From: Haplodiscus bocki
Lineage: Eukaryota
DNA: 64,000 nt
Assembly (NCBI GenBank): GCA_965655095.1
Contig: OZ296650.1
Coordinates: 8,060,001 to 8,124,000 of the forward strand
Direction: 5' to 3'
Notes under the pieces: generated by a model
Database searches by the model: none
What the model was told of the DNA's origin: nothing
Seen by the model: only the letters and a program-made list of their open reading frames with translations
Shown here: in pieces, positions 12,950 through 26,899 of the stretch
Position numbering within the stretch: the stretch's first letter is position 1
Layout of the letters: the number at the start of each line of letters is the position of its first letter
Position numbers and translations under genes: made by a program

Positions 12950-15900
12950 AGCCCATCGCTGTAGTCAGACACTATCCTAGCCTGGTCGTTCAACTAGAGA
13001 ACGAACTGAAAATTTCGTACGAAACAACACTACTGAATTATTGTCTTAGTTGCACTCAGACAACACAGACAGATTTCTATATGCAGTTGCTCTATCAGTC
13101 AAGTTTCACATATTTTTTGAACTGAACGAGAGAATGTAGATATTCTGATTGCTACAGTTCATGCCAGACGGCTGAATGACGTTGAAGATTAAAGTTTCGT
13201 CGCAAGATAAGTTCAAACACTTCGCTGTAATTAGACACTAACTCAGTTTAGGCGTATGATTGAACAACGAACTATAAAGTTAGTTAAAAATAGGACCACT
13301 GAAGCATTGTAACTTTCAGTTTAACTGACACATAACGGACCGAACTTTAACTGCAGTAGTCCTATCATGCATGTTGTACGATTTTCATGACCTGGTCGGG
13401 CGAAAAAGAATTTTCTTGCTCTCAAGAGTTCGCGTTAGACATCTTAACGACATTGAAGATAACGACTATATCATAAGATGTTTACCAACACATCGACGAA
13501 GTCGGGCACCAACATAATTTGAGCTTATGAAGACAAAACGAACACTACTGTTCGTTTCAAGAAAGACCACAGAAGCACTTGCTCAGACAACACCTATCCG
13601 GTTATCTCCTTAGTAGTCCGATCATGCAACTTACACAACTTTCTTGAACTGGTCGGCAGAATATAGATCTTCCTGCTATCAATTGTTCGTGTTAGAAAAT
13701 TGAACAAACCTGAAGATCAAGATTATATCATAAAACTTATTCAAACACTTCGCCGTAGTCAGACACTATCTTAATTTTTACGTTCGAATCGAGAACGAAC
13801 TGAATTTTTCGTATTAAACGACAGCATTGGAGCAATGTCCCAGTTTAACCCAGACAACACGGATTGACTTTTGTTTTCAGTAATCTGATCATGCAATTTT
13901 CACCTTTTTCTTGACCTGGTCTGTAGGAAGTTGACTTTCTGACTCTTTGGAGTTCGTGTCAGACGTATGAATGACATCGAGGATCATTGTAGCATCGCAA
14001 GATGTAATCAAACACAGTGCTGTAGTCAGATACCATTTTAGTTTAAGCCTATTAGTAACGACCGAAAAATATTGTTCGTTATAAGGAAGACTGCTGAAGC
14101 AATGTGTTTCTCAGTTAAACTCAGACATCACGGATCAAGCTTTAGATGCATTAGTCTTGTCATGTAAGTTGTACCGTTTCCTTGACTTGATTGGGAGAAA
14201 AAGGATTTTCCTGTTTTCTAGAATTCATTTTAGACATCCGAACAAAATTGAAGATCTTGATTTGGTCACAAGATTTGTTGAAGCACATCGGTGTAGTCAG
14301 ACGCTGTTTCAGTTTGGTCATTTGATTGAAAAACGAGTTCGAAACTTCATAATAGGAAAGACTACAAAGGCAGTGCCTTAGTTAGATTCAGCCATTACAG
14401 ATCGAGCTCTGTATGCAGTTGTCCTATCATGCAAGTTGTAAGATTTTCTTGACCTGGTCGGGAAATTATAAACTTTCATGCTCTCGAAAGTTCGCGTTAC
14501 TAATTTTAAGAACATTGAAGACCATGATTATATCATACGATGTTTTCCAACACATCACTGTTCTCAGGGACCACTTTAGTTTGAGCTTTTGGAGACAAAC
14601 GAACTCTAGTGTTCGTTTCAAAAGAAGCCACAGAAGTGCTGGCTCAGGCAACTTCAATCCGGTTATATCCTTAGTAATCCGATCATGCAAGTTTCAAGAC
14701 TTTCATGAACTGGTCGGTAGAATGTACATCTTCCTGCTCTCAAGCGTTCGTGTTAGAAGTTTAAACAAAATTGAGGAACAACATTACATCATAAGATGTA
14801 TTCAAAGACTTCGTTGTAGTCAGACACTATATTGGTTTGGTTGTTCAACTAAAGAACGAATTGAAAGCTTCGTACTGAACAGCACTACTACTACTACTGA
14901 AACATTTTCTTAGTTGAACTCAGACAACCCAGATCGTGTTCTATATGCAGTTGCCCTATCCTGCAAGTTATACACTTTTCTTGATCTGAGCGAGAGAATG
15001 TAGACATTGTGACTCTCTAGAGCTCATGTCGGACGACTGAATGACGTTGAAGATTCGCATTTCATCGCACAGCGTGTTCAAACACTTCGCTGTAGTTAGA
15101 CACTAACCTTGTTTGAACGTATGATAGAAGAACGAACTACATAATTTGCTGAAACAGGACCATTGAAGCAATATAATTCTCACATGATCTGCGAACATCA
15201 AAGTCTGAACTTTAACTGCAGTAGTCCTAGCAAGCAAGTAGTACGATTTTTTTGACCTGGTCAAGGGATTATATAATTTGTTGCTCTCAACAGTTCGCGT
15301 TAGACATCTGAACAACATTAAAAATCATGATTACATCATAAAATGTATTTAAATACTTCGCCGTAATCAGACACTATCTTAGTTTTTACGTTCGACTAAA
15401 GAACGAACTGAATTTTGCATAAAAAACGGCACCACTGGAGCAATGTCCCAGTTTAACCCAGACAACACGGATTGAGTTTTGTTTTTAATAATCTGATCAC
15501 GCAATTTTCTCCCTTTTCTTGACTTGGTCAGTAGAAGGTTGATCTTCTGACTCTTTGGAGTTCGCGTCAGACGTATGAATGACATCGAGGATCATGGTAG
15601 CATCGCAAGACGTGCTCAAACACAGTGCTGTAGTCAGACAACATTTTGGCTTAAGCCTATTAGTAAAGACCGAAATATAATGTTCGTTATAAGGAAGACC
15701 ACTGAAGCAATTTGTTTCACAATTGAACTCGGACATCGCGGATCAAGCTTTATGTGCATTAGTCTTATCATGTAAGTTGTACTGTTTTCTTGACTTGATT
15801 GGGAGAAAAGGGATTTTCTTGTTTCCTAGAATTCATGTTAGACATCCGAACAAAACTGAAGATCTTGATGTGATCATAAGATTTGTTGAAGCATATCGTT

Positions 15901-18900
15901 GTAGTCAGACACTGTTTCGGCCTGGTTATTTGATTGAAAAACGAACTCGAAACTTCATATTAAAAAAGACCACAAAGGCAGTGTCTTATTTAAATTCAGG
16001 CATCACAGATCGATCTCTGTATGCAGTTGTCCTATCATGCAAGTTTTACGATTTTCTTGACCTGGTCAACACAGTTAAGATCTTGTGATTTTCTAGAGTT
16101 CATGTCAGAGATCTGAATGACGTTGAAGTATAAAATTACATGGGACGATATGTTCAAACAATTCGCCGTAGTTAAACACCAAATTAGCCTAAGCGTATGA
16201 TTGACGAACGAACTATAAATTTCGTTAAAAGAAAGACCACAAAAACAATGTAATTCTCAGTTGAACTCAGACATCCGGATTGAACGTTGACAGTGGTCCT
16301 ATCATGCAAGTTGTACAATTTTGTTAACCTGTTCGGGAAATTAGAAACTTTCATGCTCTCGAAAGTTCGCGTTAGTCATCTTAAGAACATTGAAGACCAT
16401 GATTATATCATAAGATGTTTTCCAACACATCACTGTATTCAGAGACCAATTTATTTTGAGCTTATCGAGACAAAACGAACTCTATTGTTCGTTTCAAAAG
16501 AAGCCACAGAAGAGCTGACTCAGGCAACATCAATCCGTTTATGTCCTTAGTAATCCGATCATGATTTGAAAGTTTCGTACTGAACAGCACTACTGAAGCA
16601 TTGTCTTAGTTGAACTCAGACAACCCAGATCAAGTTCTATACGCAGTTGCCCTATCATGCAAGCTATACCCTTTTCTTGATCTGAGCGAGAGATTGTAGA
16701 CATTCTGACTCTCTAGAGTTCATGTCAGACGGCTGAATGACCTTGAAGATTTGCATTTCATCGCAAAGCGTGTTCAAACACTTCGCTGTTGTTAGACACT
16801 AAATTTGATTGAATGTATGATAGAAGAACGAACTATATAATTCGCCGAAACAAGACCATTGAAGCAATGTATTTCTCAGATGATCTGCGAACTTCAAAGG
16901 CTGAACTTTAAATGTTGTAGTCCTTGTAAGTAAGTAGTACAATTTTTTTGACCTGGTCGAGGAAATATATAATTTGTTGCTCTCAAGACTTCGCGTCAAA
17001 CATCTTAACAACATTGAAAATCATGATTACATCAAAAAATGTATTCAAATACTTTGCCGTAGTCCGACACTATCTTGATTTTTACGTTCGAATCGAGAAC
17101 GAACTGAATTTTTCGTATTAAACGACAGCATTGGAGCAATGTCCCAGTTTAACCCAGACAACACGGATTGACTTTTGTTCTTAGTAATCTGATCATGCAA
17201 TTTTCACCTTTTTCTTGACCTGGTCTGTAGGAAGTTGACTTTCTGACTCTTTGGAGTTCGTGTCAGACGTATGAATGACATCGAGGATCATTGTAGCATC
17301 GCAAGATGTAATCAAACACAGTGCTGTAGTCAGATACCATTTAAGTTTAAGCCTATTAGTAACGACCGAAAAATATTGTTCGTTATAAGGAAGACTACTG
17401 AAGCAATGTGTTTCTCAGTTGAACTCAGACATCACGGATCAAACTTTAGATGCATTAGTCTTGTCATGTAAGTTGTACCGTTTCCTTGACTTGATTGGGA
17501 GAAAAGGGATTTTCCTGTTTTCTAGAATTCATTGTAGACATCCGAACAAAATTGAAGATCTTGATTTGGTCACAAGATTTGTTGAAGCACATCGATGTAG
17601 TCAGACGCTGTTTCAGCTTGGTCATTTGATTGAAAAACGAACTCGAAATTTCATAATAAAAAAGACCACAAAGGCAGTGTCTTTGTTATATTCAGGCATC
17701 ACAGATCGAGCTCTGTATGCAGTCGTCCTATCATGCAACTTTTACGATTTTCTTGACCTGGTTGACAGAATTTAGATCTTGTGATTTTCTAGAGTTCATG
17801 TCAGAGGTCTGAATGACGTTGAAGTTTAAAATTGTATCGGACGATATGTTCAAACAAATCGCCGTAATTAGACACCAATTTAGCTTAAGCGTATGATTGA
17901 CGAACGTACTATAAAAGTCGTTAAAAGGAAGACCACCAAAGCAATGTAATTCTCAGTTGAACTCAGACGTCCGGATCGAACGTTGACAGTGGTCCTATTA
18001 TGCAAGTTGTACAATTTTCTTGACCTGGTCGGGAAAATTTAAACTTTCATGCTCTCGAAAGTTCACGTTAGTCATCTGAAGGCGATTGAAAATCATGATT
18101 CTATCCTAGGATGTTTTCCAACACATCACTGTATTCAGATACCAATTTAATTTGAGCTTGTGGAGACAAAACGAACTCTACTGTTCGTTTCAAAAGAAGC
18201 CGCAGAAGTGCTGGCTCTGGCAACATCAATCCGGTTATGTCCTTAGTAATCCGATCATGCAAGTTTCAAGACTTTCATGAACTGGTCGGTAGAATGTACA
18301 TCTTGCTGCTCTCAAGTGTTCGTGCTAGAAGTTTAAACAAAATTGAAGATCAACTTTACATCATAAGATGTATTCAAAGACTTCTCTGTAGTCAGACACT
18401 ATATTGGTTTGGTCGTTCAACGAAAGAAAGAATTGAAAGTTTCGTACTAAACAGCACCACTGAAGCATTGCCTTATTTGAACTCAGACAACCCAGATCAA
18501 GTTCTATATGCAAATGCCCTATCATGCAAGTTATACACTTTTCTTGATCTGAGCGAGAGAATGTAGACATTCTGACTCTCTAGAGCTCATGTCGGAGGGC
18601 TGAATGACGTTGAAGATTTGCATTTCATCGCAAGGCCTGTTCAAACACTTGGCTGTAGTTAGACACTAACTTTGTTTGAACGCATGATAGAAGAACGAAC
18701 TAAATAATTCGCTGAAACAGTACCATTGAAGCAATGAAATTCTCAGTTGATCTGCGAACATCAAAGACTGAACTTTAACTGTTGTATTCCTTGCAAGTAA
18801 GTAGAACGATTTTATTGACCTGGTCGAGAGAATATATAATTTGTTGCTCTCAAGAGTTCGCGTTAGACATCTGAACAACATTGAAGATCATGATTATATC

Positions 18901-21900
18901 ATAAAATATATTCAAATACTTCGCCGTAGTCAGACACTATCTTAGTTTTTACGTTCGACTCGTGAACGAACTGAATTTTTTGTAATAAACGACAGCACCG
19001 GTGCAATATCCCAGTTTAACCCAGACAACACCGATTGAGTTTTGTTTTTAGTAATCTGATCACGCAATTTTCACTTTTTTCTTGACAGGTCTGTAGAAGG
19101 TAGTTCTTCTGACACTTTGGAGTTCGAGTCAGACCTATGAATGACATTGAGGATCATTGTAGCATCGCAAGATGTGCTCAAACACAGTGCTGTAGTCAGA
19201 TACCATTTTAGCTAAAGCCTATTAGTAAAGACCGAAATAAAATGTTCGTTATAAGGAAGACTACTGAAGCAATGTGTTTCACAGTTGAACTCAGACATCA
19301 CGGATCAAGCTTTAATTGCATTAGTCTTATCATGTAAGTTGTACCGTTTTCTTGACTGAATTGGGAGAAAAGAGATTTTCTTGTTTTCTAGAATTCATGT
19401 TAGACATCCGAACAAAATTGAAGATCTTGATTTGATCATAATATTTGTTGAAGCTTATCGGTGTAGTCAGAAACTGTTTCAGCCTGGTTATTTGATTGAA
19501 GAACGAACTCGAAATTTCATAATAAAAAAGACCACAAAGGCAGTGTCTTTGTTATATTCAGGCATCACAGATCGAGCTCTGTATGCAGTCGTCCTATCAT
19601 GCAACTTTTACGATTTTCTTGACCTGGTTGACAGAATTTAGATCTTGTGATTTTCTAGAGTTCATGTCAGAGGTCTGAATGACGTTGAAGTATAAAATTA
19701 CATCGGACGATATGTCCAAACAATTCGCCGTAGTTAAACACCAACTTAGCTTGAGCGTATGATTGACGAACGAACTATAAAGTTCGTTAAAAGAAAGACC
19801 ACCAAAGCAATGTAATTCTCAGTTGAACTCAGAAATCAGGATTGGACGTTGACAGTGGTCCTATTATGCAAGTTGTACAATTTTCTTGACCTGGTCGGGA
19901 AACTTTAAACTTTCATGCTCTCGAAAGTTCACGTTAGTCATCTGAAGGACATTGAAGATCATGAATATATCATAGGATGTTTTGCAACACATCACTGTAT
20001 TCAGAGACCAATTTAATTTGAGGTTATGGAGACAAAACGAACTCTACTGTTCAATTCAAAAGAAGCTACAGAAGTGCTGGCTCTGGCAACATCAATCCGG
20101 TTATGTCCTTACTAATGCGATCATGCAAGTTTCAAGACTTTCATGAACTGGTCGGTAGAATGTACATCTTCCTGCTCTCAAGTGTTCGTGTTAGAAGTTT
20201 AAACAAAATTGAGGATTAACATTACATCATAAGATGTTTTCAAAGACTTCATCGTAGTCAGACACTATATTGGTTTGGTTGTTCAACTGAAGAACGAATT
20301 GAAAGTTTCGTACCAAACAGAACTACTACTACTGAAACATTGTCTTAGTTGAACTCAGACAACCCAGATTGTGTTCTATATTCAGTTGCCCTATCCTGCA
20401 ACTTAAACACTTTTCTTGATCTGAGCGAGAGAATGTAGACATTTTGACTCTCTAGAGCTCATGTCGGAGGGCTGAATGACGTTGAAGATTTGCATTTCAT
20501 CGCAAGGCCTGTTCAAACACTTCGCTGTAGTTAGACACTAACTTTGTTTGAACGCATGATAGAAGAACGAACTAAAAAATTCGCTGAAACAGTACCATTG
20601 AAGCAATGAAATTCTCAGTTGATCTGCGAACTTCAAAGACTGAACATTAACTGTTGTATTCCTTGCAAGTAAGCAGAACGATTTTTTTGACCTGGTCGAG
20701 AGAATATATAATTTGTTGCTCTCAAGAGTTCGCATTAGACATCAGAACAACATTGAAATTCATGATTGCATCATAAAATGTATTCAAATACTTCGCCGTA
20801 GTCAGACACTATCTTAGTTTTTACGTTCGACTCGAAGTTTTCGTAATAAACGACACCACTGGAGCAATGTCCCAGTTTAACTCAGACAACACGGATTGAG
20901 TTTTGTTTTTTTTTTAGTCTGATCACGCAATTTTCACTTTTTTCTTGACCTGGTCATTGGAAGATAGATCTTCTGACTCTTTGGATTTCGTGTCAGACGT
21001 ATGAATGACATCGAGGACCATGGTAGCATCGCAAGATGTGCTCCAACACAGCGCTGTAGTCAGATACCGTTTTAGCTTTAGCCTATTAGTAAAGACCGAA
21101 ACATAATGTTCGTTATAAGGAAGACCACTGAAGCAATGTGTTTCTCAGTTGAACTCAGACATCAAGGATCAAGCTTTAATTGCATTAGTCTTATCATGTA
21201 AGTTGTACCGTTTTCTTGACTGGATTGGGAGAAAAGAGATTTTCTTGTTTTCTAGAATTCATGTTAGACATCCGAACAAAATTGAAGATCTTGATTTGAT
21301 CATAAGATTTGTTGAAGCTTATCGGTGTAGTCAGAAACTGTTTCAGCCTGGTTATTTGATTGAAATACAAACTCGAAACTTCATATTAAAAAAGATCACA
21401 ACGGCAGTGTCTTAGTTATATTCAGGCATCACAGATCGATCTCTGTATGCAGTTGTCCTATCATGCAAGTTGTACGATTTTCTTGACCTGGTCGACAGAA
21501 TTTAGATCTTGTGATTTTCTAGAGTTCATGTCAGAGGTCTGAATGACGTTGAAGTTTAAAATTGCATCGGACGATTTGTTCAAACAAATCGCCGTAATTA
21601 GACACCAATTTAGCTTAAGCGTATGATTGACGAACGTAATATAAAATTCGTTAAAAGGAAGACCACCAAAGCAATGTAATTCTCAGTTGAACTCAGACGT
21701 CCGGATCGAACGTTGACAGTGGTCCTATTATGCAAGTTGTACAATTTTCTTGACCTGGTCGGAAAGTTTAAACTTTCATGCTCTCGAAAGTTCACGTTAG
21801 TCATCTAAGGGCGATTGAAGATCATGATTCTATCTTAGGATGTTTTCCAACACATCACTCTATTCAGATACCAATTTAGTTTGAGCTTATGGAGACAAAA

Positions 21901-21950
21901 CGAACTCTACTGTTCGTTTCAAAAGAGACTACAGAAGCACTGACTCAGGC
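12950..21950. repeat. Domain 2: 7-mer HOR (~1862-1868 bp), about 4.5 copies; first copy is a 6-mer, second carries a ~170-bp deletion
   Basis: The diagnostic monomer 'ttctgactctttggag..cagacgtatgaatgacatcgagg' lies at ~13916, 15524, 17220, 19088 and 20950 (spacings 1608, 1696, 1868, 1862). ORF starts 17419 and 21149 are 3730 apart (2 x 1865). Confidence 0.88.
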
Positions 21951-23939
21951 AACGCCTATCGGGTTTTGTCTCTAGTAATCTGATCGTGCAAGTTTCACGA
22001 GTCTCTCGAACTGTTCAGGAGAATATCGATCTCCCTGCTCTCGCGTGATCGTGTTGGAAGTATGAACAATTTCGAAGATCAACATTACATCATAAAGTGT
22101 CTTCAAAGACTTCGCCGTGGTCAGACACCAACATAGTTTGAGCTTAAGTAGAAAAGATGAATTCTACTAAAACGACACAAAAGCACTGTTTTATTTGAAC
22201 TCAGGCAACTCCTATCGTGCACGGTTTGTTGTAATCTCATCTTGCATGTTTTTTAACTTTCATGACCTGATGGGGAGAATATACAATTTCTTGCTCTCAA
22301 AAATCCGCGTTAGACATCTGAACAACCTTGAAGATCCCAATTACATCATCAAATGTGTTCACATACTTCGCTGTAGTGAGACACCATGTTATTTTAAGCG
22401 TCTACTTGAAGAACGAACTAGGAAATTCGTTGTACGTAAGACACAGAAGCATTGCTGAGTTGAACTGAGACAACACCTATGTTCTTTTGTCTGTAATAAT
22501 CTGATAACGCAAAGTTTACGACCTTCCTGATCTGGAGCGGAGAATATAGATTCTCTTGCTCCCAAAGGTTTTCGTTAGACATCTCAACAACCTTGAAGAT
22601 GATGATTACTTCATAAAGTGTTTTCCAACACATCGCTGTAGTCAGACACCAATTCAACATGAGCGTAGAAAAAAAGAACGAATTCCACTGATCGTTTCAA
22701 GAGTGACCAAAGAAACACTGGCTTAGTTGAACTCACGCAACACTTATCGAGCTTCGTTTGTAGTAATCTGATCATGCAAGTTTTTTGACTTTTCTGACCT
22801 GGTGGAGTGAATATAGTTTCTCCTGCTCTCAGAGTCCCCGTTAGACATCTGAAGAGCATTGAAGATCATGATTATCTCATAGGTTGTTTTCCAACATATC
22901 GTTGTATTCAGACACCAATTTAGTTTGAGCTTATGAAGTTAAAACAAATTCGACTGTTCGTTTCAAGAGAAACCACAGAAGCGCTGGCTCAGACATCACC
23001 TATAGGGTTTTGTCCCTTGTAATCTGATTATGCAAGTTTTACGACTTTGTTGAACTGGTCGGGAAACTGTAGATCTTCCTGCTCTCTAGTGTTTATCTTG
23101 GAAGATCGAACAACATTGAAGATCATGATTACCTCTTAAGATGTTTTCCAACACATCGCTGTAGTCGGACACCAATCTAAATTGAGTGTAGAAATAAAAA
23201 ATGAAGTTTACTGCTCGTCTCAAGAGAGACCAAAGAGGTACTGGCTTAGTTGAAGTCAGGCAACACCTATCGCATTTTGTCCGTAGTAATCTGATCATGC
23301 AGGTTTGGCGACTTTCTTGAACTGGTCGGTAGACCTGAAGATCTTCCTGCTCTCAAGGGTTCGTGTAAGAAATCTGAAGAACATTGAAGATCATTTTTAC
23401 ATCATGAGACGTAGTCAAACACTTTGCCGCAGCCAGACAATCTCTTAGCCTGGTCGTTTGATTAAAGAACAAACTGAAATCTTCAAAGAAAACGAGACCA
23501 CTGAATCACTGTCTTAGGTGAACTCAGAATTCAAAGATCGAGTTTTGTATGCATTCGTCCTATCATGCAAGTTTTACGACTTTCTTGACCTGGTCGTAAA
23601 ATTGAAGATCTTCTTGCTTTCAGAAAGTTTTGTTAGATATCTGGACAACAATGAAGATCCCAATTACATCATCAAATGTGTTCGCAAACTTCGCTGTAGC
23701 AAAACACTGACTTAGCTTAAGCGTCTACTTGAAGAACGAACTATGAGCTTCGTTGTAGATAGGGCACAGAAGCATAGGCTGAGTTGAACTGAGACAACAC
23801 GCATCGATTTTTCACTGTAATAATCTGATAATGCTAATTTTACGACTGTTCTGACCTGGTGGGAGATTATAGATTCTCTTGCTGCCAAAGGTTTTCGTTA
23901 GACATATGAACAACCCTGAAGATGATGATTACATTATAA

Positions 23940-26500
23940 ATTGTTTTCCAACACATCGTTGTAGCCATACACCAACTTAACCTGAGCGTTTGAAGATAGA
24001 ACGAATTTAACTTCTCGATTCAAGAGAGACCAGTCAACCACTGGCTTAGTTGGACGCTGGCAACAACTATCGAGTTTGGTTTCTAGTAATCTGATTTTGC
24101 AATATTCACGAATTTCGTGACCTGGTCCGTAGATTGTTGATATTTTGCTCTAAAACGTTCGTGTTAGAACTCTGAACAACATTGAAGATCCTGTGTGTGC
24201 TCAAAAATTTGGCTGCGGTGAGACACTAACTTACTTCAAGCATCTGATTGAAGATCCAACTACAAATTTCGTTATAACGAAGGCCACAGAAGCACTGACT
24301 AAAAAGAACTCGCGCAACACTTATCGAGCTTTGTTTGTAGTAATCTGATCATGCAATTTTTTTAACTTTACTGACCAAGTGGAGTGAATATAGAGTTTTT
24401 TGCTCTCAGATTCCCCATAAGACATCTGAACAACATTCAAGATCATGATTTCATCAAAATTTGTTTTCAAACATTTCTCCGTAGCCAAACACTATCTTAG
24501 CTTGGTCGTTTGAGTAAAAAACGAACTAAACATTTCGAAGAAAACGAGACCACTGATTCACTGTCTTGGTTGAACTCAAAATTTATAGATTGAGTTTTGT
24601 ATGCAATCGTCCTATCATGCAGCTTTTACAACTTTCCTGACCTGGTCAGGAAATTGAAGATCTTTTTGCTTTCAAAAACATTTTTAAGGCATCTCAACAT
24701 CATTGAAGATCCCGAAGGCATCAAAAAATGTTTTCAATTAATTCTCCGTAGCCAGACACTATCATAGCTTGGTCGCTTGACTAAAGAACGAAGTGTAAAC
24801 GTCGTAAGAGAGGAGACCTCCGAAGAACTGTCTCATATGAACTCAGACTTCACAGGTCGAGTTTTGTGTGCAATTGTCCTTACATGCAGGTTTTACAATT
24901 TTCTTGACTTGGCAGGGAGATTGAAGATCTTCCTGTTCTCAAGAGTCTTTGTTAAACGTCGGAGCAACATTGAAGATCCTAATGACATCATCAGATTCGT
25001 TCAAAGACGTCGCTGTAGTCAGACACTAACTTAACCTAAGCGTTTGATTGGAGAACCAATTATAAAAAGCGTTATACGCGAGACATAGGAGCGCTCGCTC
25101 AGTTGAAACCACACAACACGGAGGGAGGTTTGTTTGTAGTTATCAGATCTTGCAAGTTTTACGACTTCTCAACAACTTTGAAGACCATGATTACATCAGA
25201 AGATGTTTTCCAACATATCGCCGTAGTCATACACCAACTTAACCTGAGCGTATGAAGATAGAACGCACTTCAATTTTCGTTTCAAGAGAGACCACTCAAC
25301 CACTGGCTTAGTTGAACGCTGGCAACAACTATCGAGTTTTGTCTCTAGTAATCTGATTTTGCAATTTTCACGAATTTCGTGACCTGGTCCGTAGATTGTT
25401 GATCTTTTTGCTCTAAAGCTTTCGTGTTAGAACTCTGAACAACATTGAAGATCCTGTGTGTGCTCAAATACTTCGCTGCAGTAAGACACTAACTTAGTTC
25501 AAGCATCTGATTGAAGATCCAACTACAAAATTCGTTATAACGAAGGCCACAGAAGCACTGACTAAGTTGAACTCGCGCAACACTTATCGAGCTTTGTTTG
25601 TAGTAATCTGATCATGCAATTTTTTTAACTTTACTGACCAAGTGGAGTGAATATAGAGTTTTTTGCCCTCAGATTCCCCATAAGACATTTGAACAACATT
25701 CAAGATCATGATTACATCAAAATTTGTTTTCAAACATTTCTCCGTAGCCAAACACTATCTTAGCTTGGTCGTTTGAGTAAAAAACGAACTAAACATTTCG
25801 AAGAAAACGAGACCACTGATTCACTGTCTTGGTTGAACTCAAAATTTTTAGATTGAGTTTTGTATGCAATCGTCCTATCATGCAGCTTTTACAACTTTCC
25901 TGACCTGGTCAGGAAATTGAAGATCTTTTTGCTTTCAAAAACATTTGTAAGGCATCTCAACAACATTGAATATCCCGATCGCATCAAAAAATGTGTTCAA
26001 ATAATTCGCCTTGGCCAGACACTATCATAGCTTGGTCGCTTGACTAAAGAACGAAGTAAAAACATCGTAAGAGAGGAGACCTCCGAAGAACTGAATCATA
26101 TGAACTCAAACTACACAGGTCGAGATTTGTGTGCAATTGTCCTTACATGCAGGTTTTACGTTTTCCTTGAACTGGCAGGGAGATTGAAGATCTTCCTGTT
26201 CTCAAGAGTTTTTGTTAAACGTCGGAGCAACATTGAAGATCCTAATGACACCATCAGATTCGTTCAAAGACGTCGCTGTAGTCAGACACTAACTTAACTT
26301 AAGCGTTTGATTGAAGAACCAATTATCAAAAGCGTTATACGCGAGACATAGGAGCGCTAGCTCAGTTGAAACCACACAACACGGAGGGAGCTTTGTTTGT
26401 AGTTACCAGATCTTGCAGGTTTTACGATTTCTTAACAACTTTGAAGACCATGAATACATCAGAAGATGTTTTCCAACATATCGCAGTAGTCATACACCAA
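23940..26500. repeat. Tandem duplication of a 1263-bp deleted 5-mer
   Basis: ORFs 24777 and 26040 are 1263 apart. Both copies share a 12-bp deletion (gatcctg|tgtgtgctcaa at ~24190 and ~25450) and a ~58-bp deletion (~25168 and ~26431). Confidence 0.88.
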
Positions 26501-26899
26501 CTTAAATTGAGCGTATGAAGAAAGAATGCACTTTAACTTTCGTTTCATGAGAGACCGCTGAACCACTGGCTTAGTTGGACTGTGGCAAAACCTATCGAAT
26601 TTTGTCCCCAGTAATCATGTATGTTTCAGGACTTTGTTGAACTGGGCGGAAGAATGTAGATCCTCTTGCTCTCATCCTTTCGCATTAGCAGTCTGATCAA
26701 CTTGAATCTGAAGATCATGAATGCATCATGTGCTGTCTTCAAAATCTTCGCCGTAGTCAGCCACTATCATAGACTAGTCGTTTGACCAAAGAACGAAGTG
26801 TCGACGTCGTAAAACAGGAGACCACTGAGGAAATGACTTAGTTACACTCAGATTTCACAGGTCGCGGTTTGTTTGCAATCGTCCTAACATGCACGTTTT

